Shown here piece after piece: positions 1 to 8,270 of a DNA stretch of 64,000 nt. The notes beneath the pieces are model-generated. The model saw only the letters and a program-made list of their open reading frames with translations. It searched no databases and was not told the origin of the DNA. Source of the stretch: Oscillospiraceae bacterium (GTDB lineage: Bacteria > Bacillota > Clostridia > UMGS1840); assembly GCA_015068645.1 (NCBI GenBank), contig SVKD01000003.1, positions 24,471 to 88,470 of the forward strand. The letters run 5' to 3'. The position numbers and the translations under genes were made by a program. Position 1 is the stretch's first letter. Each line of letters starts with the position of its first letter.

Positions 1-816
1 AGCCAATTCACCAACCTGCAGTTCAGAAGAATTTCCTAAGGTTGCTGCAGGGAACCCTTCCCCTTCAATTTTAATCACTGCCAGATCGGTTCTGGCATCG
101 CCCCCCACCAAGGTGGCATCGTATTGTGTGCCGTCGCTTAAGGTAACTTTAATGGTAGAGGCACCTTCAATCACGTGATTATTGGTCACAATATAACCGT
201 CATTCGATAAAATGATACCGGAACCGGAACCGCTTCCCATAGCGGAGGTACCAAAAATGTTCTGACGTTCCACCGTGGTATCAATTCCAACCACAGCAGG
301 GCCCACTTTTCTGGAAATTTCCACCACGCTGAGCAGTTGTTTATCTGCCTGATTGGGATTCCCTGCTTCTTCTGCTGTCATAGCCGGATTAGGCGGTGCC
401 AGATAGGCATTGGGATTCCCCTTTTGATGCTGTTGTACCTCTTTCTCCACCAATCGGGGGAGCGCCAGGAAGGAAAGCCAGGTAGCAGCCCCTGCCCCAA
501 TGGCAAATGCTAAAACAATAGAAAGAACACGCAAAGCCACCTTTCCTCCGTTTCCTTTCGGTTTTTGGGGAGGAATTTCGCTTTGTACAGGCTGATAAAA
601 ATATTGATAAGCATTCGATTGTCCCGGGTTGGGAATCGCTTCTGCATACGGTTCATAAACGGGTTCGCTTGCTGCCGCTGATACCTCCGGATTCACCACG
701 GGTTCCTGGTAATAATCTGTCCGGAAGGTGGATTCAAACGGTTTGTTTTCTTCAGTATTTTCAGTATTTTCGGTATTTTCGATATTTTCGGGATTCTCGT
801 ATTTTTCGAATTCCAT
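1..816 (-). CDS. htrA: HtrA/DegP-family trypsin-like serine protease, N-terminal part (C-terminus lies outside the window)
   Basis: Minus-strand frame is open from ATG (814-816) to the window edge, and is absent from the ORF track because no stop is present. Translation gives an acidic ENT-repeat N-terminus, one TM helix, then GSGSGIILSNDGYIVTNNHVIEGA...LVGGDARTDLAVIKI, typical of the His and Asp regions of S1C proteases. Confidence 0.8.
   Translation of the reverse strand, partial: MEFEKYENPENIENTENTENTEENKPFESTFRTDYYQEPVVNPEVSAAASEPVYEPYAEAIPNPGQSNAYQYFYQPVQSEIPPQKPKGNGGKVALRVLSIVLAFAIGAGAATWLSFLALPRLVEKEVQQHQKGNPNAYLAPPNPAMTAEEAGNPNQADKQLLSVVEISRKVGPAVVGIDTTVERQNIFGTSAMGSGSGSGIILSNDGYIVTNNHVIEGASTIKVTLSDGTQYDATLVGGDARTDLAVIKIEGEGFPAATLGNSSELQVGELA
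754..798. repeat. Tandem 9-bp repeat (agtattttc-like, 4-5 units) inside the htrA 5' end, encoding (E-N-T)n
   Basis: Units at 754-762, 763-771, 772-780 and 781-789, plus a degenerate fifth, read directly from the sequence. Confidence 0.8.
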
Positions 817-1004
817 AAAAACCTACCTTTCTTTCTCATATGCTAGGGATAGTTTACCACCCCATTGTGAAAAAAATGTGAAATTTTTCGGAATTGCTTG
901 TGAAAAAAACATTCCAAAGAATTTTTTAAAATTCAAAAATTCTCACAATCTTCATAAAAGTGGGATATAATGGAAATAATATGATAAAGGAGATGTAAAA
1001 TCAA

Positions 1005-1460
1005 ATGGGCTTTTTCAGTCGGTTACTTTATAAAATTTCAATATTTATGCAGGGACGTTACGGTATGGACGGTCTTTGCACACCGATTTTAATTGCGTCC
1101 TGCGCGTTCACACTGTTAGGCACGCTGTTTCACTCCGCCATTCTTCGGTTAATTGGCTCTCTGCTGTTAATCTGGCTGGTGTTTCGTGCGCTTTCTAAAA
1201 ATCACAAGGCACGCCAAAAGGAGCTGTATGCTTATTATAACCTGAAAGACGCTGTTGTTAGCTGGTATCAGAAACTATCTGTCAAAAAAGAACAGTACAC
1301 CGTTCGTCGGGAACAAAAAGCAGTCCGCAAAGAACAAAAAGATTTCAAATGCTATTTCAAATGTCCCGAGTGCAGAGCTGAATTATCCGTTCCCAAAGGA
1401 AAAGGAAAAATCCAAATTACCTGCCGTAAATGCGGCCACCAATTTATCAAGAAAACATAA
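1005..1460 (+). CDS. Small membrane protein with C-terminal zinc-ribbon (CPEC...CRKC), function unknown
   Basis: 151-aa ORF with two hydrophobic helices, a lysine/glutamine-rich linker and a CxxC-N17-CxxC motif. It is followed by an intrinsic terminator. Confidence 0.55.
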   Translation: MGFFSRLLYKISIFMQGRYGMDGLCTPILIASCAFTLLGTLFHSAILRLIGSLLLIWLVFRALSKNHKARQKELYAYYNLKDAVVSWYQKLSVKKEQYTVRREQKAVRKEQKDFKCYFKCPECRAELSVPKGKGKIQITCRKCGHQFIKKT

Positions 1461-1492
1461 AAACAGAAAGAAAATCGTGAAGTAATATCATA

Positions 1493-1528
1493 ATGGCAGA
1501 CACTTTTTTGTGTCTGCCATCATTTTTA
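1493..1528 (+). terminator. Rho-independent terminator
   Basis: Stem atggcagacac / gtgtctgccat with a T-rich loop and tail. Confidence 0.7.
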
Positions 1529-1645
1529 TGATACGCTACAGAAGCCAAACAAATGCCTATCATACGAAAGAAGAAAAACTATTATTGATTTTCGTATAAG
1601 ATAGAAAAATCAAGGAAAAAATATAGAGAATCCCATTCTAAACAC

Positions 1646-1674
1646 TTGACAAATCCAATATTATCCAGTATACT
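1646..1674 (+). promoter_or_regulatory. Sigma-A type promoter for the OPT transporter gene
   Basis: TTGACA (1646-1651), 17-nt spacer, TATACT (1669-1674). The TTG that opens the 673-aa track ORF is this -35 hexamer. Confidence 0.6.
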
Positions 1675-1747
1675 GTATTTTGTGAAAATTCGCCTTTATT
1701 TTTCAAAAAATGACCGCCGTACAGCGACGGCAGATTGGAGACGATTT

Positions 1748-3667
1748 ATGGAACAAAACAAACAATTCAAACCTTACATTCCGGCTGATCGGGTAACCCC
1801 TGAACTGACTGTCACCTCAATTATCATCGGGGTGCTTTTGGCAATTATCTTCGGTGCAGCGAATGCTTACTTAGGTCTTCGTGTGGGGATGACCGTGTCT
1901 GCATCCATTCCCGCAGCCGTAATTTCTATGGGAATTATCCGCATTTTGTTGCGCAAAAACTCCATTTTGGAAAGCAACATTGTGCAGACCATCGGTTCTG
2001 CAGGAGAATCCGTGGCAGCAGGTGCTATCTTCACCTTACCTGCTCTGTTTATCTGGTATTCCCAGGGCGTGATTGACACGCAACCCGGTATTTTAGAAAT
2101 CACCTTAATCGCTATGATAGGCGGCTTACTGGGTGTCTTCTTTATGATTCCTTTAAGAAATGCCTTAATCGTAAAGGAACACGGTGTGCTCCCCTATCCG
2201 GAAGGAACCGCTTGTGCGGAAGTACTTTTGGCAGGGGAAGAAGGCGGCTCCAATGCCTCTTCCGTGTTTGCAGGAATGGGACTGGCCGCTCTGTTTAAAT
2301 TCGTGATTGACGGATTAAAAGCAGTTCCCGGTGAAGTAGCATTAAAAATCAAAGGATTTGCCGGAGAAATCGGTACTCAGATTTACCCCGCAGTATTAAG
2401 CGTTGGTTACATTTGCGGTCCCAAAATTTCTTCTTATATGTTTGCAGGTGGTTTATTAAGCTGGGTAGTATTGATTCCCTTAATTGTCACCTTTGGCCAG
2501 AGTATTGTGATGTATCCTTCTGCAGGACAAACCATTGGTGAAATGTTTGCAGAAGGCGGCGCATCCGCAATCTGGAGTTCTTACATCCGCTATATCGGTG
2601 CCGGTGCCTTAGCAGCAGGCGGTATTATCAGCCTGATAAAATCCCTGCCCTTAATTGTTCGTACCTTCCGTGATTCTATGGCAAGCTTAAGCGAAAAAGG
2701 TACCATCAATAAAATTCGTACCGAGCAGGACCTGCCCATGTCTGCAGTGCTGATTGTAATTGCAGCTTTAACCTTAGCGGTATGGTTGGTTCCCGCAATC
2801 CCCGTATCCTTAATCGGTGCCATTATCGTGGTAGTATTCGGCTTCTTCTTTGCAGCAGTATCCTCCCGTATGGTAGGTCTGGTTGGAAGCTCCAACAACC
2901 CCGTATCCGGTATGGCAATTGCAACGTTGTTGTTTTCCACGTTAATCTTAAAAGCTACCGGTGAATCCGGTGCTTCCGGTATGACCGCTGCCATTGCAAT
3001 CGGTTCTATTATCTGTATTGTTGCAGCAATCTCCGGTGACACCTCTCAGGACTTAAAAACCGGTTATCTCTTAGGTTCCACCCCCAAAAAACAGCAGATT
3101 GGTGAAATCTTAGGGGTTGTGGCATCCGCACTGGCAATCGGCGGAACCTTGTATCTGTTAAACACTGCTTGGGGCTTTGGTTCCAAAGAACTGCCCGCAC
3201 CTCAGGCAACCTTGATGCAAATGATTACCGAAGGCGTTATGAGTGCAGAACTACCCTGGAACTTAGTTGCAATTGGCGCGATTGTTGCTATCATTATTGA
3301 AATCATCAAAATCCCCGTATTACCCTTTGCCATCGGTATGTATCTGCCTGTTCACCTAAACGCTTGTATTATGGTGGGCGGTATCATCCGCTGGGTAGTG
3401 GAAAAATCCAAAAAAGACGAAAAAGCTAAAGAAATCGCTGTAAACAACGGTATCCTGTACTGCTCCGGTATGATTGCCGGGGAAGGCTTAGCAGGAATTT
3501 TGTTGGCAGTTGTTGCAATCTTCGGTTGGGATAAATTCATCGATGTTGGTGTAATGCTGAACCTGCCTGCAACCGTGTCTCAGGTATTAAGCGTTTTGGT
3601 ATTTGCAGTAATCATTGCATTGGTATTTGTGTTCTCATTAAAGAGACAGAAATCCGCTCAGAAATAA
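1748..3667 (+). CDS. OPT-family oligopeptide transporter
   Basis: Polytopic membrane protein. The N-terminus MEQNKQFKPYIPADRVTPELTVTSIIIGVLLAIIFGAANAYLGLRVGMTVSASIPAAV is typical of bacterial OPT proteins. Start moved to ATG 1748, preceded by GGAGA. Confidence 0.85.
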   Translation: MEQNKQFKPYIPADRVTPELTVTSIIIGVLLAIIFGAANAYLGLRVGMTVSASIPAAVISMGIIRILLRKNSILESNIVQTIGSAGESVAAGAIFTLPALFIWYSQGVIDTQPGILEITLIAMIGGLLGVFFMIPLRNALIVKEHGVLPYPEGTACAEVLLAGEEGGSNASSVFAGMGLAALFKFVIDGLKAVPGEVALKIKGFAGEIGTQIYPAVLSVGYICGPKISSYMFAGGLLSWVVLIPLIVTFGQSIVMYPSAGQTIGEMFAEGGASAIWSSYIRYIGAGALAAGGIISLIKSLPLIVRTFRDSMASLSEKGTINKIRTEQDLPMSAVLIVIAALTLAVWLVPAIPVSLIGAIIVVVFGFFFAAVSSRMVGLVGSSNNPVSGMAIATLLFSTLILKATGESGASGMTAAIAIGSIICIVAAISGDTSQDLKTGYLLGSTPKKQQIGEILGVVASALAIGGTLYLLNTAWGFGSKELPAPQATLMQMITEGVMSAELPWNLVAIGAIVAIIIEIIKIPVLPFAIGMYLPVHLNACIMVGGIIRWVVEKSKKDEKAKEIAVNNGILYCSGMIAGEGLAGILLAVVAIFGWDKFIDVGVMLNLPATVSQVLSVLVFAVIIALVFVFSLKRQKSAQK

Positions 3668-3668
3668 T

Positions 3669-4013
3669 ATGAAAAAACAAACAATCAACGAAAACTATTT
3701 GGATAAAATCCCCGTAATGAGCGAAAACCTCACCTACAAGGTGAACGATGACGGCATCGTTACCTTGGCGATAGAAAACACGGGAGTGATGAACCGTATC
3801 GCCCAAAAAATCTTTCGTAAGCCAAAAGTCTCCTATATCCACTTGGATGAATTGGGAAGCTTTATCTGGAAATTGATTGACGGAAAAACTGCCATTTTCG
3901 ATATGGGTGATGCCGTAAAAGAGCAGTTTGGCGAAAAGGCAGAGCCCCTTTATCCAAGATTGGCAAAATATATTTCTATTTTGGAAAGTTACGGCTTTGT
4001 CACTCTTAAATAG
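3669..4013 (+). CDS. PqqD-family (RRE-like) small protein
   Basis: 114 aa. The segment LDELGSFIWKLIDGKTAIFDMGDAVKEQFGE...LYPRLAKYISILESYGFV resembles the PqqD winged-helix peptide-binding fold. The ATG lies 1 nt after the OPT stop codon. Confidence 0.55.
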   Translation: MKKQTINENYLDKIPVMSENLTYKVNDDGIVTLAIENTGVMNRIAQKIFRKPKVSYIHLDELGSFIWKLIDGKTAIFDMGDAVKEQFGEKAEPLYPRLAKYISILESYGFVTLK

Positions 4014-4015
4014 AC

Positions 4016-4110
4016 TTGAAAAACCGCGCAGAATTTATAAATCTCACCACTCGCTGTACCGTTATGAAATAAACGGCGTGCCGAGGTCGTCAAGCCCTAC
4101 CCCATCATAA
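4016..4110 (+). repeat. Diverged copy of stop-codon-proximal element (family B), sense with the PqqD-like gene
   Basis: Begins TTGAAAAACCGCGCAGAATTTATAAATCTCACCACTCG 3 nt after the stop. The same 5' block is found after the stops at 4439 and 19356 on the other strand. Confidence 0.55.
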
Positions 4111-4124
4111 AAGATTTGCATAAC

Positions 4125-4162
4125 AAAAACACCGTAGAAATTCAATTTCTACGGTGTTTTTT
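4125..4162. terminator. Bidirectional rho-independent terminator between convergent genes
   Basis: aaaaacaccgtagaaa / tttctacggtgttttt stem, flanked by an A-run and a T-run. Confidence 0.8.
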
Positions 4163-4320
4163 ACTATCATCATTTTATGATTCTCTCTACTCTCAAAAGG
4201 CGAGGTACAAGGCTCTCCCGCTCGGGGAGAGCTGTCAGCAAAGCTGACTGAGAGGGCATAAAAGCGATGGAACTGATTCATTTCGAGGCGTTTTCACCAT
4301 ATCTTTTTTTGTAAGGTGCA

Positions 4321-4433
4321 GAAAAACAGATGCAGAATTTGGAAATCGAATCAAGGCAACGCCTTGACAAGCCCGAAGGCGTACGTGCTGTACGCCGAGC
4401 GGTGAGATTCACAGATTATGCGCTGTTTTTCAA
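4321..4433 (-). repeat. Family B structured element (copy after the phosphohexomutase gene)
   Basis: About 113 nt, highly similar to 19237-19349. Imperfect long palindrome with internal hairpins ggcgtac-N5-gtacgcc and caagg-N5-ccttg. Confidence 0.75.
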
Positions 4434-4438
4434 ACCGT

Positions 4439-6160
4439 TTATTTCAGCACTTCTCTGATTGCGGTATCAAATGCTGCACGTTTTTCCAAAGCTTCTGCTT
4501 CGGTCTTGCCCTTGGTCATAATATATGCCTTGATTTTGGGTTCCGTGCCGGAGGGACGGAAGGAAATCAGGGTGCCGTCTTCTAATTCATAGCTTAACAC
4601 GTTGGAAGGAGGGAATGCCAAGGCAGTTTCTTCTCCTGTCAGCAGATTTTTGGTGGTTGCCACGCTGTAATCATTTGCCAACACAGTTTTCACTCCTGCA
4701 AACTCGGTGGGCACATTGGCACGAAGACCTGCCATTAAGCTCTTGATTTTTTCTATGCCTGCCATACCTTCATGAGTAATGGAAACCAAACCTTCCCGAT
4801 AGTAGCCGTATTTTTCATAAAGGTCGATCTGCACATCTTTTAGGGTTTTGCCCTGTTTTTTATAATATGCCGCCGCTTCGCACAACAACATACAAGCATT
4901 TACGGCATCCTTATCTCTTGCGTGTGTACCGGATAAAAATCCGAAGCTTTCTTCAAAACCGAATAAATAAGTATGTTTACCGGTTTCTTCAAAAATTTTA
5001 ATCTGTTCACCGATAAATTTAAAGCCGGTATACACGTTAATCACTTCAATGGGATAATCTTTTTGGAATTCATAAATCATATTGGTGGTTACGATGGTTT
5101 TGATTACCGCTCCGTTTTGAGGCAGCTTATTTTGTTTCTTCAAACCGTCCAGAATATAATTTACAATCAGAACACCAATCTGATTCCCATTTAAAATTTC
5201 GTAATCTTCATCCGCAGTTTTTAATAAAACTCCCACACGGTCAGAATCAGGGTCAGTACCGATGATAATATCTGCATCTTCTTTTTTTGCATATTCCAAT
5301 GCAATTTTAAACCCGTCGGATTCTTCGGGGTTGGGAGATTTCACGGTGGGGAATGCACCGTCGGGCAATTCCTGCTCTTTCACCACGGTGAGGTTTTTAA
5401 GTCCCATACGGCCTAACACTTCTCTTACAGGGATGTTACCGGAGCCGTGGAACGGAGTATATACCACTTTTAAATCAGTGTCTTTTAAAGCATCGGGGTT
5501 CACGGATAAATTCATAACCGCTTTGTAGTATGCCTCATCCACAGATTCAGGCATCCATTCAATCAGGCCTTGTGCCATAGCATCGTCAAAAGGCATTTTT
5601 TTCACGCCACTGAAGATATCTACCTGCTTCATTTCCTGATATACCACATCTGCTTCTTCGGGAGGAAGCTGTCCGCCATCAGACCAGTATGCTTTATAAC
5701 CGTTGTATTTTGCGGGATTATGAGATGCGGTAATCACAATCCCTGCGGTGGTATTCATTTCACGAATGGCAAAAGACAGCATAGGAGTGGGACGAAGTGA
5801 CGGGAATAAGTACACTTTAATGCCGTTTGCCACTAAAACCATTGCAGATTCTTTTGCAAAAGTATCGGAAAAATGACGGGAATCATATCCAATGGCAACA
5901 CCCTTGTCCATCGCTTCTTTGCCGTTTTTCACAATCAGATTGGCTAACCCTTGGGTTGCCTGACACACGGTGTACACATTCATACCGTTGGTACCTGCAC
6001 GAATAATTCCGCGAAGTCCGCCTGTTCCAAATTCCAAAGAAGTGGAGAAACGTTCTTTGATTTCTTCATCATTCCCTTGAATTCCCAAAAGTTCTGCTTT
6101 TAAGGAAGCATCCAATTCGGGGAAGTTTAACCATTTGTTATACTGTTCGAATGCTGTCAT
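4439..6160 (-). CDS. Alpha-D-phosphohexomutase family enzyme (phosphoglucomutase/phosphomannomutase type)
   Basis: 573 aa. Contains the phosphoserine loop TASHNPAKYNGYK and the metal-binding segment GTDPDSDR. Confidence 0.85.
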   Translation of the reverse strand: MTAFEQYNKWLNFPELDASLKAELLGIQGNDEEIKERFSTSLEFGTGGLRGIIRAGTNGMNVYTVCQATQGLANLIVKNGKEAMDKGVAIGYDSRHFSDTFAKESAMVLVANGIKVYLFPSLRPTPMLSFAIREMNTTAGIVITASHNPAKYNGYKAYWSDGGQLPPEEADVVYQEMKQVDIFSGVKKMPFDDAMAQGLIEWMPESVDEAYYKAVMNLSVNPDALKDTDLKVVYTPFHGSGNIPVREVLGRMGLKNLTVVKEQELPDGAFPTVKSPNPEESDGFKIALEYAKKEDADIIIGTDPDSDRVGVLLKTADEDYEILNGNQIGVLIVNYILDGLKKQNKLPQNGAVIKTIVTTNMIYEFQKDYPIEVINVYTGFKFIGEQIKIFEETGKHTYLFGFEESFGFLSGTHARDKDAVNACMLLCEAAAYYKKQGKTLKDVQIDLYEKYGYYREGLVSITHEGMAGIEKIKSLMAGLRANVPTEFAGVKTVLANDYSVATTKNLLTGEETALAFPPSNVLSYELEDGTLISFRPSGTEPKIKAYIMTKGKTEAEALEKRAAFDTAIREVLK

Positions 6161-6180
6161 AATTGCTATATCTCCTTTTT

Positions 6181-6897
6181 CTATTTTCCTGCGGCACTTA
6201 AGAGCGCCTGCACTTCATTGGGATTTAATTTACGAATACGACCGGTCTTTAGTGAGCCAAGCTCAATGGGACCAATCTTCACTCTTTTTAAGTCAATCAC
6301 ATGATGACCAACCGCCTCAAACATTTTTCTCACCTGACGGTTACGCCCTTCCGATATGGTGACTTCCACCACACATTTATCTTTAAAAATTTCGGATAAA
6401 AACACCTCTGCAGGAGCGGTTTTTTTCTTATCAACCATCACTCCTCGCTGCAGTTTTTTGATATTGTCTTCCGAAACGGTGCCATTCACTACGGCAATAT
6501 ATTTTTTTTGAATCTGATTTTTCGGATGAGTTACGGTGTTTACAAATTCACCATCATTAGAAAGAATTAAAAGCCCTTCAGTGTTGTAGTCCAGTCTTCC
6601 TGCAGGATAAATTCTTTCTTTCACTTCGTCGCCGATTAAATCCAACACGCAGGGACGGTCAAACTGGTCTTTTACGGTGGTTACATAACCTTTAGGCTTA
6701 TTGAGCAAGTAATAAACCTTTTTTTCCATAGCGGAAATTTCTTGTCCCGAAACTTCCACCCGGTCTCCTTCCTGCATCTGGTAGCCAAGCTCTGAAAGCA
6801 CCTGACCGTTTACCTTAACCTCGCCTTTTACAATCAGCTCTTCCGCTTTTCTTCGGGAGCAAATTCCTGCATCGGCAATATATTTCTGAATTCTCAC
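6181..6897 (-). CDS. rluB: RsuA/RluB-family 23S/16S rRNA pseudouridine synthase with S4 domain
   Basis: N-terminal S4 motif (RIQKYIADAGICSRRKAEELI) and catalytic motif GRLDYNTEGLLILSNDGE. GTG start preceded by AAGGAG. Confidence 0.85.
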   Translation of the reverse strand: MRIQKYIADAGICSRRKAEELIVKGEVKVNGQVLSELGYQMQEGDRVEVSGQEISAMEKKVYYLLNKPKGYVTTVKDQFDRPCVLDLIGDEVKERIYPAGRLDYNTEGLLILSNDGEFVNTVTHPKNQIQKKYIAVVNGTVSEDNIKKLQRGVMVDKKKTAPAEVFLSEIFKDKCVVEVTISEGRNRQVRKMFEAVGHHVIDLKRVKIGPIELGSLKTGRIRKLNPNEVQALLSAAGK

Positions 6898-6915
6898 TTG
6901 CTATGTTCTCCTTTT

Positions 6916-6971
6916 TTTGGTATCGCCTACGCTTTTGGTATCGCCTGCGCTTTTTGGTATCACCTTTGGCG
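6916..6971. repeat. Three tandem ~18-nt direct repeats (TTTGGTATCGCCTRCGC) in the dacB-like/rluB intergenic spacer
   Basis: Units at 6916-6932, 6933-6950 and a degenerate unit at 6951-6971. Confidence 0.8.
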
Positions 6972-7766
6972 TCACTCTCCCTCTTTTTGAGGTGGCTTCA
7001 AATAGCTTTGATACAGACCGATATGGTCATTCCAGTCATCAGGCGCATTTAACGTGACGCAGATGTATGTCTTTTCTCCATCTGTGGCACAGGAAACCAA
7101 GGTTCGACCCGCCTTTTTGGTGAAACCGGTTTTTCCGCCCACGGTATTTTCATACTGCCACAACAGCTTATTATGATTTTTTAAGTAACGGACGTTTCCG
7201 TCCGGTGACACCAACTTTTTTTCTTTGGTGCCTGCAATTTTTAAAAATACAGGATTTTCCATGGCATACGCGGTGATTTTTGCCATATCGTAGGCAGTAA
7301 CCATATGGTCATCTCCATCCAGACCGGACGGATTTTCAAAATGAGTGTCAACGGCACCCACACGAAGTGCCACTTCGTTCATTTTCTCCACAAATTTCTC
7401 ATAGCCAAAATGACAGGCAATGGCATTTGCCGCATCATTTCCCGAATGGAGCATCAAGCCGTACAAAAGATGTTCCAAACTGATTTGCTCTCCTGCCTTT
7501 AAATACATGCTGGAACCCTCAGTGCCTGCGGCAGTAGCATCCACCGTTACCATATCTTCCGGCTTTCCCAGCTCCAGAGCCGTGATTGCCGTAACAATTT
7601 TGGTAATGGAAGCCGGTCGCATACGGGCATGCTCATTGTATCCGTATACCATTTCTCCCGTTTTCATATCCAACAGGCACACTGCCTTGGCAGAATACGA
7701 AAACCCATTGATATGAGAACAACATATCACCAATAAGCTGATCACAAAAATGCCGCGTAATCTCAT
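6972..7766 (-). CDS. Serine-type D-alanyl-D-alanine carboxypeptidase (PBP5/DacB-like)
   Basis: Signal peptide. Motifs SITK (SxxK), SGND (SxN) and KTGFT (KTG) are all present. Confidence 0.85.
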   Translation of the reverse strand: MRLRGIFVISLLVICCSHINGFSYSAKAVCLLDMKTGEMVYGYNEHARMRPASITKIVTAITALELGKPEDMVTVDATAAGTEGSSMYLKAGEQISLEHLLYGLMLHSGNDAANAIACHFGYEKFVEKMNEVALRVGAVDTHFENPSGLDGDDHMVTAYDMAKITAYAMENPVFLKIAGTKEKKLVSPDGNVRYLKNHNKLLWQYENTVGGKTGFTKKAGRTLVSCATDGEKTYICVTLNAPDDWNDHIGLYQSYLKPPQKEGE

Positions 7767-7820
7767 AGATTCCCCTCCACATAGTTCTGCTTTGTAACAA
7801 CTATGCGGAAAATGGAAAAA

Positions 7821-8255
7821 TTATTCCACGATGATTTCGTCATCCTCAATGCGGATCACGCTGTCGTCATCCTCATTTTCGTCTTGTTTGGAGCCGAATT
7901 TTTTGAGCACCTTATCAATCATATCAGGAGCTAAATCAATCAGTTTATCCAAAGGACTTGCCTGACTTACGGTAATCATTCTTACGTTTCCGTTGGACAC
8001 GACTAAAAACGCGATGGGAGAAATGGAAATTCCGCCACCTGCTCCTCCGCCAAAAGACTGGTTTTCCACAGGGATATCGGTTTTTCCGCCAAAGTTGGAA
8101 CCGCCGGTTCCGAACCCATAGGAAACACGGGACACAGGAATAATCACCACGCCCTCATCAGCGTGGATAGGTTCTCCGATGATGGTATTCACGTCCACCA
8201 TGGTTTTAATGTTTTTTAAAACAGAGTCCATAAGACTTTCAATTGGATGTGCCAT
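7821..8255 (-). CDS. ytfJ: Sporulation protein YtfJ (GerW family)
   Basis: 144 aa, with EPI..DEGVVIIPVSRVSYGFGTGGS...GGGAGGGISISPIAFLVV typical of YtfJ. Confidence 0.85.
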   Translation of the reverse strand: MAHPIESLMDSVLKNIKTMVDVNTIIGEPIHADEGVVIIPVSRVSYGFGTGGSNFGGKTDIPVENQSFGGGAGGGISISPIAFLVVSNGNVRMITVSQASPLDKLIDLAPDMIDKVLKKFGSKQDENEDDDSVIRIEDDEIIVE

Positions 8256-8270
8256 AACACATACCTCCTT

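Noticed and set aside
728-970. 80-aa plus-strand ORF
   Set aside because: It is antisense to the htrA 5' end, is driven by the 9-bp repeat (FSVFSVFSIFSGFS), and continues into the promoter region.
1646-1747. N-terminal extension of the OPT ORF starting at TTG 1646
   Set aside because: The TTG is the -35 hexamer of a TTGACA-17-TATACT promoter. The conserved OPT N-terminus begins at ATG 1748, which has its own RBS.
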